From contig OZ316892.1 of the NCBI GenBank assembly GCA_973895155.1, positions 3,041,223 to 3,105,222 of the forward strand: 64,000 nt of DNA. Direction: 5' to 3'. Origin of the DNA: Marsupella aquatica (taxonomy: Eukaryota > Plantae > Marchantiophyta). The translations under genes were made by a program, and so were the position numbers. Shown piece after piece: positions 45,871 through 59,530 of this stretch. Numbering within the stretch: the stretch's first letter is position 1; every line of letters begins with the position of its first letter. The notes beneath the pieces were generated by a model. That model made no database searches. It saw nothing but the letters and a program-made list of their open reading frames with translations, and was not told the origin of the DNA.

Positions 45871-47909
45871 ACGTTTCTCGTTCCGGAGCAGTCCACGGAG
45901 AAAGAGGGGAAGCCGATGGAATTGACGAATGAGAAGAGCAACGAGCGTGGCTGCCGCGGAACTTAGCGGCTCAACGCCGCACGAACGCGTCGGAGCCTCC
46001 ATTCTGGCGCGCCGGGACTCTCCCAAAGTGCCACCTACCGCCAGCGCTAGTTTGGCCGGGCCCCTCATTCAGTTCCAGATCTCCCCGTCCTCCACTGGAG
46101 CCGTTCCTTTCGGGCAGGGGGCGCTGCGCGGGCAGGAGACCCAAGCTTTCTCCTCGCGCTGCCCGCCCTAGCCCCCTCCTTCCCAATCTCCTTTCTCCTA
46201 CCCCTTTAGGACCAGATCGCACGGACCAGATCGCCAACTCGGCCTGGGGCTCAGGCCCCCGGCGAGACTCGAACCGGCGGTCGATCCGTGCTGCGTGCGC
46301 GTCGTGGGACACCGAATCGGCGAGGCGCGCGGGGCCTCTCCTCACCCGCCGTAACAAAAAAACCTTCCCGTCCGTCCGTCCGTCACCCAGTCCGTCACCC
46401 AGCGCGTCCTTGCTCCGTAACTCAGTCCGTCCGTCCCTCTGTGACTCATTCGCCCCCTCCGTCCCCTCCTTGGCTCTCATGCAACGCAACCATGCTTACG
46501 TGGCCGGTAATACTCATGCTTCACTCCTCGACCACCATCCTCCTGACGTGGTAGGACGAACGGACGCCGTGCTTCTACATCCATTCACAGTGCTTTACAC
46601 GTTTAGACTATTGCCCTGTATGCTCTGGAGTACAAGGGTGTACAAAGGTTAATATAATACATTGCTTGAGTGACACGAGTTTAGACTCATATATCTTTAC
46701 AGTGCGGAAACCCCAATTTGGAAATTGAGCGCTTAGGTGCTTACGCTCGGCCACTCGGGAGTTGATTTTCTAAATATGTAAATACTCCAGTGCAGTGCAG
46801 TCCCTATCTTCTTCGAGCCTCCTCTCGTCCATGACCCAACTTGCATATTTAGAAAATTAACAAACTTGCATATATAGAACATTCACAAACCCTCGACTAC
46901 ACAGGATTGTGGCCCATACGTTTTGAGAGACACAGAAATATCACGCATGGCTCGTATCTTGCCTTTCGTAATATTAGCTGTAACTGATCGACCCATACTC
47001 AACTCTTCTAGAGTAGCAATCCCCCCCATGGGCTAGGCTTAGCAGTCCACCAATGGGCTAGGGTAACTTCAGCAGCTACTCCATGCTCGGTTAATAATAC
47101 AATTGGATCCATACTTGTTACATCTAGATGTTCCTTTACATATTGGGGCTCACACATTTAGATACAAACTGTGAGTTTTGAGTCTTACACATACAGTAAA
47201 GAGCTTACACTTAGACAGTAATGGATCACGTAGAGAGCGAGAGTTACACACACTCAAGTGATGACGGTTTCTATAGAGAAGAATGGGGAGGATTGCGAAA
47301 TCCAATCCAACTTCCCCATAATACTTGATTTGCGAGAAAACTTCATGAGCGGGACACGATAACCGTCATTCATACCCTTAGTGCGGAGGAATGGCACCTG
47401 CCATTACATTAGTAAGTAGTCCACACTCCGCTGTCTTACTCTCTGATTCTTACACGATACGCGTTGAGGGTTCACTGTGGGGGCACCCTACCCTCGTTGC
47501 CTACCGTGGTGTCACTGTTTAGCGTAGCTTGGTGCGGCAGACCACGTGAGGAGAACGAGGGACATGCTTGGTGGAAGGATTTTTGGGTTTGGAGCTTTGT
47601 GAAGAAGTTAGAGCTTCGACGAGGCTACAACAGAACAGGACGGTGGAGAGTAACTTACTGATGACAGCTGAGGAGTAGAGCAGAGGTCGAAGCTCAGGAG
47701 TCATGATACCAAGAAGGCGCCAGTTACAGTACAGGTCCGTAGCTTCTACAGTCGGCTGCTGGACGTATCCAGCCGCCCAAGACCCAACCGGAATTCATGA
47801 GTGAGGCATTTTGGTAATCAGTTCAGCTCCGTAGGCTCATAGGCTCGTAGGCTCGTCCTGTACCGTAGCTGCGCATCCGTGACCGATTCAGGAGTCAAAG
47901 AAAGTGGTC

Positions 47910-49110
47910 AAATTAGTCAAATGGATGTGTTTCTGCATTGCTATATTAATACCCACACTTGTTAAATTTAGTCAAATGATGGGTTTCTGGTCTGCTATAT
48001 TTAGTAAACACACTTGTTAAATTTAGTCAAAATTATCTGTTTCTGCATTGTTAATTAAACTAATACACTTGTTAAAACTCCTGTTCATCGCAATTAGTGT
48101 CGGTAATTCAGGTGAAGCAAATTGTTGGCGGCACTCGTGCATTAGTGTTACCCAAATAAAACAAATCCAACATTTTAAACAGTTGTTTTCGGCCCGTGGA
48201 AAGAAGGTAGGTTCCCCGGGTTTCAGCATGAACATCTTTTGGCCTTGGCATGATTAAATTAGTGTAAAACAGCCATAGTTCTCCGTTATTGTGATCAGAT
48301 GTTAACACTGCTAGCTGTAAGGGATGTAGTCTCTGGTCTGCTATATTACACTAGAGGCAATCAGGTTAGGTAAAAAATAATCAAAATCTGGAAATATCAG
48401 TCCCTTGAACACAATTTATAGGGTAATGTTTGTGAAATTTGGGACACAATCATAAAGCATGTTTAAGGGATGTTTGAAGCATTTTGATGTTACAACACTC
48501 ATTATTGATTCCCAGGAAAGCACTGATTACATTATATTGTTTTTAAGCTGCCACTAGCATATAAAGTGAAGTGGCCAACATTTCCTTCTTTTTTCACACT
48601 CCCTTCACTCCCGTGCCAGTATGCTCCATGAATTCAGGAAAAAGTGCTCTCAATGGTGAAACCTGGTGTATCTAGGTTTTTCATGGCTAGTGACAGTTTA
48701 AAGAGAAAATGAAATATAAAGAAATTAGTTATCATAGTTCACTATGTTTTTAAAAGAAAAATATTTACTTTTCACACAGGGCATACGCAAAGCTGATAAT
48801 CCACACACTAACAGGCTTCCTAAAATTAGTCAAATGACGTGCATATATTACACACTAGTTCACATTAGTACATGACGTTTATTTGCTCTCCTAAATTAAC
48901 ACGGCTGTTAAGATTAGTCTCCCCTCTTCTATAGTAACACGCTGCTAAAATTAGTCAAATGGCGTGTATGTGGTCTGTTATAAAATACATTTGCTAAAAT
49001 GAGTTTAATGATGTGCTCCTTCTCTGCCAAATTAACACATTTGCTAATATCATATATCATTAAAATTAGTCAAATGATGTATTTATGGTCTGCTAAACAA
49101 ACGCACTTCC
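47910..49110 (+). repeat. AT-rich degenerate array of about 55-bp units in two blocks, probably transposon subterminal sequence
   Basis: AATT(T)AGTCAAATG...TCTGCTATATT...ACACTTGTTAA units at 47910-48078 and again at 48820-49110. Confidence 0.65.
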
Positions 49111-52100
49111 TAAAGCGAATCCAGTTGACGTTATGGGCTCCTCCAGTATTCTCCCTTGTTGGGCTTGCTTTCTCGAAGAACGTGCAAAAGCTTAGAAAAG
49201 CACGAGTAGACCGAGTTCCGCAATATAGCCATGTGGCGACGATCGTAGGATATAGCACTTTATGGCTGAATCCACGCATTAATTTACTCTCTTTCCTCCT
49301 TCCATTCTCCTTTGAGGAAACATGTTGCGATATCTCGAATTGGCACCGAAATACGTGACGGCTGATAAAGGCAATCCAAAAATGTCGTGTGACTTGTTCC
49401 ACATTCAACTTTTCTGGAACACGAGATTACCTTTGTATTACCTTAGTGCCATTCCAGTTTGGGCATGACCTTCACGGAACATTAATTGTTTTTCAATTTA
49501 AGAAATAAGGCAAACCCAGAATAGTGTTCTGTTGTTTTGAATTATTTATTTTAAAAACATTTCATACGATCAAGGTTTACACCGAGATGCTTAGAATTCC
49601 TAAAACTTACAAGAGTCTTTGTAGGTTTCAGAAGGACCCTAAAATATTTTGTTAGTCTGACACAAATTTTGATAATAATGTATTCATTGTATGAACCAAG
49701 ATAGCACTATGGTATGCCCGGTGCCTGCATCATACTAAAGTGCCTGCGCCTAGTTTTAACACACTAGCAGAAATGGTCCAACTTCTACCAAGTTCCAAGC
49801 TAACAAAATATAGGCATGTGAGAAGATTCATAGGGTCTAATATCCATCTTAAGTCCTGTTTTTATGCTGGTCTCCCATCCTCTGACCCCAGAAATGTAGC
49901 TTCTTTCTTAAATTAACAGACTGAAAAGTATATGATTATGGATCTTTACTGCATACTAGAGTCAAACATATGTCAATCCGCACATGCGGGGAAGTATACA
50001 GGAGTCCGTGTACACGTTCTGGCCCATCACCGAGCATTGGTAAATGTTAAGCATAATTTTTGTTTATGCTGCTACAAAGAAGGATACCACCATCTAAGTT
50101 CACTACATGACTGTATGCCCTTGCACATCCCAGAAATTATGACGCTATAAATATAAATGTTTCAGATGAAATACTCACCATTATGAAATATAAATCGATG
50201 ATGTGACAGATTCTGATTGCCCAAATGCTTGTTTAGTCAACTATTACTCTTAAAGCACAACTGCCCTTCAAAAGCTACGGGTTACCCGTAATTACCATTA
50301 AAAGTATATTTTTCTTGAAATTGTGAAGCAAACTAGCATGCTAGAGGAGAACAATGAAATGTGAAAAAGTAGGAGGTCTTGGACACTTCCCCTTATATAG
50401 GGGAAGTTGTGGTTTAAAGACACACTAAAAACCAAACTTCAGGCAATCAGGGTTGGCCTATGATCCAGTGGTAAACCCCCATAGTTGTTGCTTTAAGTGT
50501 AGCTTGACGCAAATGAACACATCACAAGTCATTTGGGGCAAACAGGAACATAGTACCCCATTATTATTTTTCACTTTAGTTTTAGGGCTATTCACATTAT
50601 CAAGCTCCTGGTGTATCTAAGTTATTGTTAGTCATTGACCTTATTTATCCAAAATTGAATACTCATGGACCTATATTTTGACAGAATGCTGGGATAGATC
50701 ATTGCACCCTAGCCAAGAAAAAACTTAACAGGACCCCTTTGGCATCTCCTGGACTCAGTCCAGCAAAATACTTAACATTACCCCTATGACTGTCCCTCTT
50801 GCCCAGGTATGGATGACATGTTATTCACAAAAGTCCAGTTAAGTCCAAGAGATGTCAGAGAGGTCCTCTTAAGTCTTTTCTTGCACCCAGCACACAAAAC
50901 ATTTTTATACTCATGTAACACGTTTCTTTGTAAGAAAATCTGTACTTTTCTAGTCAGCAGCAACTTTTCCATCCAGTTACAATGTTCATGGAAGTGGTCC
51001 ATCCCAACATTACTCATTCATCCTGAAGGGATGGAAGTTTACTGCACGAATTCAGAAGTCAGGGTTAGTGTTTTGTCGCGACTCGAGATTCGTTGAGTCG
51101 TGTGTACAGCCACGGTGACATAAATTCGAGGTACAAACCAATCCCTCTCAAGCGAATCATTCGGTGGACGAAAGGGAATGTTGTGCTAGAGCATCCTGAG
51201 CCGTTGGATCCATATATGGGCGGTCAAGGTGCATTTGACAGAGGAATTCGTTACTGTAAGCTTTGTGCGTGTGCTAAAATGAATGCAACCACCGTGCGCC
51301 CTCCTTTGTTACTGGATTTAAACTGCCCAGTGCCAACGAATTTATGTACTGACCACCGTATTCAACATCCAAACATTGTAATTTCTCTGAAATTAATGAC
51401 ACTAATGACACTTGGGACATAGTTATCCATACTGTCTCAAAGTGGGGGCCAGACAGAAATCAGTAATTATGAGTAGCTGCTGAGGCCAGAGGGGACATTG
51501 CTGCATGATCTTGATCATTGTAGGTCCCATTCATGTGATTTGAAACATAACACATTTTGAAACGATTGATTTGTGGAATATTACGCGATGTTGGACCAAA
51601 GACATTGAACTGATGAGGAGGTTTGAAGGATGTCGTTTATTACTCTAGACAGTCAAACTGCTTCAATTCCTCATGAACATTTTCATAATTTTTCTACAGT
51701 GCTGCGGTTGCATTGCTGGCTGCTTATGTTAGGTGGGGAAATGGGGAGTGAAATGAGTAGACCACTCGACTTGCAAAAGACAGCAGGAAAACCAGTGTAA
51801 AGCCTCCAAGGCCGTAGGAGTGTAAATAGATGGTCATATCACCACCTAAACTTGAGGCTCATTTCCAGGAGGGGCACTCAAAGTGGACCGTAAAACAATC
51901 TTTTTGGATACCCATAAAAAATGTGATCGTTCAAGTGAGGGGCACTTTAGAAAACAAGCAGAGGCAACAGCTTGCAGTTTTTCCACATAACTCTCAATCT
52001 CGACGTTAGATTTGTCTTCTTTGGCCAAAAGTTGACTTTACAAAATGAGAGGAGGCCACTTAATGTGAAATCCTAGTAGTTGGATTGTAGTGGGTCCCTA

Positions 52101-55100
52101 GCCTATTGATTGCCAGTGTCATACAGTCTCTGTCTAGTTTTTTAGAAAACCTCTCGGATAGATCTAACAATCTGACAGAGACTACATCCTAGATGTTAGC
52201 TGACACATTTACAAGTGTTGATCGTCTGCTGGTTACGTTAGTCGCTCCTTAGCCGTTGATTGTTTCTGGTGTTTTGGCTTGGTTGTCCCATACATTGCTA
52301 TGGGAAATTGATGGCACAATTGTCCGGTTGTTCTTGTAAAAAATGCCCCTGAGACTCGTTGCTAATTTATAGGAAATTTGAAAAGCCATTAAACGGTATC
52401 ATAGAAACAATGGAAATTGTGCAAAATGGGGGGGATCAATCAAACCCATGGGATCAAAGCCCAGAAACAACCATCACTGTTAACATCTACCTCATACCTG
52501 GTGATGAGAAAGAGAGATGCCAACCATTACATGGCCAAAGAAAGCTGAAGAACAAAATAAGCCAGAGACTGTCCAACAACAGCAAATAAAACAAAACCCT
52601 ACTGGGCAGCAAATTGAAAAGCCCTGTACAGTTCTGAAGTAAACCACATAAGAGTAATAGGGCTATAAGTATGGTGAATCTCTGAGCCCACTGTCAAGTC
52701 AGCTAAGGGCCACTTTTTAATTCACACCCATCTCCCCTCCCTCTCGTGTAGCAAGAGGAGGTGAGGTGAGGCGAGAGAACTGTACTTCACTTCCTATGTC
52801 CCACCCCCTTTGCAAGAATCGATGCAGGAGGTGATGGTGTGGGTGATGGAAAACTACACTAAGGCTACAAACAGAGCATAGAGGTAGAAAGAAGAGGTGA
52901 ATAATAATGCGTAATGATGATGTTGTGGATTCAAATGTACTATGTGGAGAAGGCCCAACTAAAAGGAGGCTGGATGGAGGACGAAGGAGGATGTGATTCG
53001 CATTATTGCTGCACGCTATAACTCCACCAATTGCTTTTGGGGGTCAATTATCCTCTAAAAAACCTGTCATGTGCATAGGACTTAGCTTTGATAGCAGGCA
53101 ATCTTAGCCCTTCTAGAATTGGTTTGTAAAAGTGCATTGGGTAGAATAAGGTCTTCCTGGAATGATCAAACACCATAGGACAATGCCCTGACTTGAAGTC
53201 CCTGGGTTTCCTTGTTTGCCAGTCAGTGGCGCTGGAGTGTTCACCGGTCACTTTTCCTTGCAGTTGGGTTTGATTTTCCTGTGCTTTGCTGGTCTTCACT
53301 GTTGTAATCGTTTGAATATATTTGGCACACAGTCACTTTTACTTATAAACCAGTGAGAATTTTTTACTAATATGGACAATGCTTGGGAACAAAAGAGTAT
53401 CAAGTAAAGAGCATGAGGATCAAGTACAGAACTGATCTGTTTCGTACTGTTCAAGGGCCTTTCCAAAGACTAGGCCGGTTGGCCCAGCTCCACATTTCCA
53501 GCAGGCAGCAAGGCAATCCACAATGTGAACTTGATTGGTGTGTTGGGGAGCCCACCAAACTCACACATCTCTAAAGGTTACTAGGTTTGGTTACTGTAAG
53601 GAGTGAGTACCCAATCTGACAACACCCTTTTTTGCTTTAGTGCACAATCTTGAAAACCCAGGAAGGAATGCAATAGAAAGTCATAATTGTATATTGTCTT
53701 CAAAATATAGATCCAGTGACCAAAGAACCCCAGTACCTGCAAATCCTAGTTTAGTGAATGGTTGGATATGAATTTTTGCATTTTGGTTACTGGATTTGGT
53801 TAACACCATATTAGAGTAAGGCTTTCCAGTAAGGGTTGGAGATACTCTCGAAACCTGAATAATTCTGAAGGTTTTCCACCAAGGTACTGAATGTCCTTGT
53901 GTTAGAGGAGAAGATGACAAGAATATTCTTTCTAATAGTTAGATAAACCGTGGCCATTTTTACAGGTCTTTTAGGCCAAAAATGGTAACTACCTTTCCAT
54001 GAGGTGGAATTTGGCAGATTTTTGCCACTTAAAACGTTGCTCTAGAATCCAAAAGACCTGAACACAAAGCAGCAAAGCCATCTCAGTCACCTATTGGAGC
54101 TGAGCTCTTATGGCTATGTACAACACATGAAAGGAACACCAATCATAGGGCATTGACATCACCCGGAGCTTTATGGCTGGCCTTTTTCACGTTGTGTGAC
54201 CCTCTTCTAGTCTTTTTGTAATAGAGAGTAACATAAAGGTATATGCTTGATGGACCCTTGCCAAAAGAAATTTAGATGATAGGCCATTAAGAAACTTTTG
54301 TTACAAACTAAGCCCCCTTTGACACTTTTGTGTGAGATGTTCATATAAAGTTACTATAATGAATTTTTATTATATCAATTTTTTTTTAGTTTGATATTAT
54401 CACCAATAAGAGCTACTGTAAAGTTTAGAGTTAAACCATGCTTAATGACAAACTACACTGTTGGGGAAACAGTGGAGTAATGGCGGCCATTGAGCAAATT
54501 GCAAGTTCCTAAGTGAAGACAATATGGTTCATGTCTTCATGTTTGAAATTTTGTCTTTAGGTTGTTTCACAAAACCTACACACAGGGTTTGCATAATGTT
54601 TCGGCATTTCTCTTTGTTCTTTTGTCTAAGTATGCAATGAATCCTCTACTTTTGGCCATTGGTCCCTATTGCAAAGTTTAAATATTGTATTCTCACATCT
54701 AGACCCCAAATTTGTCTAAGTATGGAAGGAACCAAAGATATTTTACTCTTGGCTGTTTTCCCTTGTTGCAACTTTCAAAAATTGTCTGTGTGAAACAAGA
54801 CACCATGGACTCAATCTTAACGGGAAAAGTTTGCTAGCCTGCAAGAACTAGATTAAATGTTTAGACTAAATACTGTACGAACCCACTATCCTATAGCGGT
54901 GGATCCCTTAAACTCTATGAGCAAGTGAAGACATAATCCATTATGTCTTTAAGCATAGACGTACACGCAGTGGACTGTGATGCAGCATGTGATGGATTGA
55001 TGTGGGAAATGTAAGGTTTACCATGTGTACGGAACCTATGTAAGGGGCCTAGTTGGTAACAACATTTTTTGTGTGTGTGGGGGGGAGGGGGCTAGTTTGT

Positions 55101-56462
55101 AACAAAAGTTTAGTAGGGGCCTGTCACATAAATTTGTTTCGGCAAGGGTCCCATCAAGCATATACCTCGAGTAACATATGAATTCTTCTTATGATTGAAC
55201 GAGCCCAAATGCCCATCAGTTGCACAGAAAATGGAAGTCATTGAGACATGGAAATGTCTTGAGGCAAGTAGTGTCATGTACGCAAAGAAGTCATTGAGGG
55301 TGTTGTTGATGTCGGGATTGATGCAAAAGTGTTGTCAAAGAAAAATCTATTCACGGCGTTGCACATTAGGTTGGGCCATGGTACCGCATGGTGCTGCAAG
55401 AGTGGGAGGAGAGAGCAGGAGATGGAAAATGAGATGCAAGGCGGAGGGAGGAGAGGGCAAAGGGACAAAGGATGTGTGTGCGCAATCAGTGCATGAGGGA
55501 GGAGGAGGGCACATAAAGGACAGGCAAGGCAGCGGCAATGGCAAGTGATGCGGAATTGCGGACTGCCCAGGCATAGGTGTCCGTGCTACAGGGATGAAAA
55601 AGGTTGCAGTCAGGGAGGGTCACGGATGGAATGGAACAGAGAAATAGCAGGCCTGCAGGGTGATTTTTTTGCATATCCGATGGTCAAGGGAAACATCTCA
55701 TAAAGCAAACGGTCACGATTCATTCCCAAGGATTCTTTGTTTTGTAAGCAGATCCCCCAGAAATTCAGGTGGGGTTGCATATAATTGTGTACAGAATATA
55801 GAACAGATGCGGACGCATGAATCTACTTTTTGTTTATTTCAAACTGCCAAAAACCAAAGCCGGGAGACATGAACCCTCAGGCAAAAAACCAAATCAAGGG
55901 GGGCCAGAAAAGTCAGGGGAAAAAGAGAGAGTTACCTTTTGGGGATGGGGAAAGAAAGAGGAAATGTCAGGTTTTATTTGACCTGTGTCAACTCGAAAAA
56001 TTACTCAATCCTTTCGCTGGTCAGTATGTTTTACCCGGAATACAAGGGCATGAACGAAAAGTGAGAAAACCATACATTTGTGGGAGGACCCACCAATGAT
56101 TGGCTGTGCATTATTTTGCAAAATGTTTTAATCATTGAGAAAATGAGAAAATGGATGGATTTCCAGTCCTCGCATTGGTGGAGAAAGGTAGTGTACTAGT
56201 GTAGAGTAATTCTGGGAGCCGACATGGTCCCATGTCAGACAGATGTTCTCAGGGCTGCCAGACTGCTGGATTGTTCTGTTGAGCAGATGCTTTTATCAAA
56301 TCTAAATCTGGCCCCCACGATTACAATTCAGCCAGCGAGCTCTCGCCAGTAGGCACGAGCTGAGAGCAGCAGCAGCAGCTGCTGATCAGCTGATGAGCTT
56401 TGGAGCTTGCACTGAGCTTCCACTACTGTAGCCTTGCACTGAGGCACTACTGAGCTACCTTC

Positions 56463-56925
56463 GTTGAGCTTGAGTGGACCAGCTAGCTGATGAGTGAGGG
56501 AGTGAGGACTGAGGAGTGCTGAGCAAGTGAGCTACAGTGGCGTGCCGAAACTCGAAGACGAGGACTGCAAAGCACTATGAACCATACTGTGGCCTCGAAC
56601 TGGGGCACTGGCTGAGCTACTGCTACTGTAGATTTGTTGAGCTTGAGTGGACCAGCCAGCTGATGAGTGAGGGAGTGAGGACTGAGGAGTGATGAGCAAG
56701 TGAGCTACAGTGGCGTGAGGAAACTCAACGACGGTGACTGCAAAAGTAGTACTGCGAACGAAATACGATTGTGGCGTCGATCGAACGGGGCACTGATCGA
56801 GCTTAGCTTTGAGGAGCTTGATGAGTGGAGCAGCTGCTGATGAGGAAGAGAGAGTGTGATGAGTGATGAGCAAGTGAGCTCCTGCAGTGGCGTGTCGAAA
56901 TTCACGACGGTGACTGCGAAGTAAG
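56463..56925 (+). repeat. About 173-bp tandem repeat, roughly 2.7 copies
   Basis: GTTGAGCTTGAGTGGACCAGC.AGCTGATGAGTGAGGGAGTGAGGACTGAGGAGTG..GAGCAAGTGAGCTACAGTGGCGTG at 56463 and 56636, with a degenerate copy near 56812. Confidence 0.9.
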
Positions 56926-57615
56926 GCAGGCAGTCAGGGAGTCCACACGGCTGTCACGGCCTGCCTACCTAACAAAAACATTATACAAACGCTACCCTGG
57001 AAACGCGGTTCACAGTTCAGCTCCCAGTTCACCCACAGCTCGCACTCGACGCCACACCTCATCAGTCCATGCATCAGTCCAGACCGGTCAAGTCAATGGC
57101 ACATCTGGTTCTCCTCCGCTTCTTGTCATTTATGATGAGCCACTGAGCCTGCTGCTGCAACTGGGCACTTGACCAGCATCATTTCTCCGTGCCGCTGCGG
57201 TCTCTTCGGTCATGCTTTTTCTTGGAGGACCCATGCCGTGTGCTGGATTGGTGGCTCAGCTTCTTAAAAACATTTTCTCGAAATCACTGTAGTGTTACAG
57301 TAGATTCGACGGGTATCTACCAGCTTTCCTGCTTTATGATTGACAGAAAGAGAGGGGATGAGGAATTGAACTACAAAATAATTCTGTAAAGAACTTGGAA
57401 AAGAATTTCAAAGCTGCAAGGCCTCTGACAAGTACCTCGCACGGCTGTGCTGTTCCTCTCCATGTCTTTATGCGAAATGGTAAGGGTAAAAAAGAAACGT
57501 GTCTGACAAGAATAAATTGCTACCTGATTGCGAAAAGGATGAAGACAAATATTGATTTCAAGAAGAGGGTCTAAATTTCCTGTCAGTTGGTAAATTCTGT
57601 CCACTGTAGGACCGA

Positions 57616-58859
57616 TGTGACAAAGGCGAGATGCCAAGTAGGCCCCGTTTCTTATGTGCTACCAGTTTCTGCTCGCATCAAATCAACCGACTCTGCCACT
57701 GTCACCGGCTCAATTTGCTCTTCCTGAATATAACTGTATCAATACTGTTCAATCCTCTGTTCACCGTATCAAAATGTTCACTGCATCAATCAACTGTACC
57801 GCAACAGAGTACTTCACCGTATCACAGTGTTCATTCAATCATCTACTGTACTAAAATAAAATATGCAACTTCTTGACAGCCAATTATAGTTATCCTTCCA
57901 TTGTATAGAACACTCTTGGATTCACTCTGTTTGCTCTAGGTTGACCAGATGTTGGTACTTATTTTTAGTTCAGTTCGAAATAAGTCTTTCATCGACTTTA
58001 CTCGGTCGACAGGACAATTGCATAGCAATAAATTCCTCAGAATCGATACTGACTGGCTACCTCTGAAGATGGTTGATCTCATGTCCGATCCTTCTCCAAT
58101 TCGATCGGTCTTCGTTAGCAAATATCTGGAGCTATCTACGAGCTCACCGTTCCACTCGCGCAATCACTCAATGATGGGTCAAACCCAATCCTGTACAAAA
58201 CCATCACTCTTTACCGATCCTGTACAAAACCATCACTCTTTACCGATTTCCGCTAGATTCTTGCTTTCGCCACACACCTCTCTTTTTGGGTCTCAAAGTA
58301 GAACAAAGCACTAACAATCCTCAGTCAGGTTCGAGTTTCTCGTTTGTGTCCCTAAATAGAACAAAGCACAACAATCCTTAGTCAGGTTCGAGTTTTTCTC
58401 TAAAACGCTGCATCCCTACTTAGGGTTCGATCTCTTTGTATTTGCATCCCTCTGATCTGGGACACCTTTCTTTCTATGTTTACATTCTTCGGTACCAGCT
58501 CCAAGCCTTGATTCCACTTTTCTGCAACGCAGACTAAAACTTCCCCGTCACAGACATTTCTGCGCTGTCCTCTCGATAATCTTTAGGTGTCCCTACCAAT
58601 CTATCTATTAAACGTACCATGGGACATCAGAATTCTAAACGAATTCTCGCTACCTCGATTTCTGCACCAGAGCGTCTGTCGTTAATTTCACCCAAAATTG
58701 TACGGACTGTTCAGAAGAACCACATGGCATAAGTAGTACTTCAGACGAGAAGATCTGATGCAAAACGTAGAATGTAGATTCCTATCTATCAACCATTATT
58801 TCCAACTCAGGAGTCCATGCTCTCCACTACTTCTTATCTTCTACTTGTGTTTTATCACA
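57616..58859. mobile_element. Probable solo LTR (about 1.24 kb)
   Basis: Starts TGTGACAAAG and ends TTTTATCACA (8 of 10 inverted match, TG...CA). Internal tandem duplications at 58188-58247 and 58295-58398. The flanks ACCGA/ACCTC match at only 3 of 5 positions. Confidence 0.45.
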
Positions 58860-59306
58860 ACCTCAGACCGATCACAGCTCGCTCCAGACTTGGAGTCCCT
58901 GCTCCAAGCAAAGACTTGACGTATGGACGACCCACAGGTCAAGTAGCAATTGATGAAGCCATCGATCTACTCATCAGACTAAACGTTTTAGTTCTCACCA
59001 TTGTGAACTTTGCCATTTCTGTTTTTTTTTAAATTAGTGTCTTGTCACTCTTTCATTCACTTAGAATGCCACAATTTTTAAGCACTGGTTAACTCAGGAC
59101 AATCCGATTGCCAAAATCCTGCCCCATGTCTGCATCTGACAAGAAGGACTTCCCTCAACAAACCCAGCCCATTCTTCCCTTCTTCCCTGACCAAAGGGGT
59201 GGGTCACCTAGGGTGAGCAAGGAGCTGTAGGGGACTGGGAGAGGGCTGGCAAGGGTGGCCTCATGGTTGATTTAACTGGTGCTGGAAGAAATGTGATATT
59301 CTAGTA

Positions 59307-59530
59307 AACTAGCTCGATACCCGTGCGTCTAGAAGATGTACCTGTGCAGAATATGCCATTGTGTAAGAGATGTGATGTCATTGTGCAAAAGATATCTTTA
59401 TGTAAAAAACTCATTGTGGAAATTATGTTGTTTGTGAAAATAATGTCATTGTGCAAAAGATGTCATTATGTAGAAAAGTTGCTGCCAAAAATATGTTGTT
59501 GCAATAAAGTGGAACTGTGTAAACGAGGCC
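59307..59530 (-). mobile_element. Possible Helitron 3' terminus remnant
   Basis: The minus strand reads GACGCACGGGTATCGAGCTAGTT (CTAG end after half of the typical GC-rich hairpin), next to TGTCATTGTGCAAAAGA-type repeats. The hairpin partner is missing. Confidence 0.35.

Noticed and set aside
46720-46760. tRNA A-box-like GTGGCCGAGCG on the minus strand
   Set aside because: No B-box or cloverleaf follows.
44640-47370. DUO1-type sites upstream of the DAZ1-like gene (AACCGCT 44644, GACGGTT about 47263, AACCGTC 47361)
   Set aside because: A few scattered degenerate 7-mers over about 3 kb are compatible with chance.
48349-49775. Additional CACTAG starts (about 48349, 48552, 49762) as CACTA termini
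   Set aside because: No convincing partner terminus or TSD could be matched.
49000-56200. Short ORFs in the intergenic region (e.g. 51093-51422, 55195-55548)
   Set aside because: No recognisable domains, mostly non-ATG starts, and no consistent exon chain.
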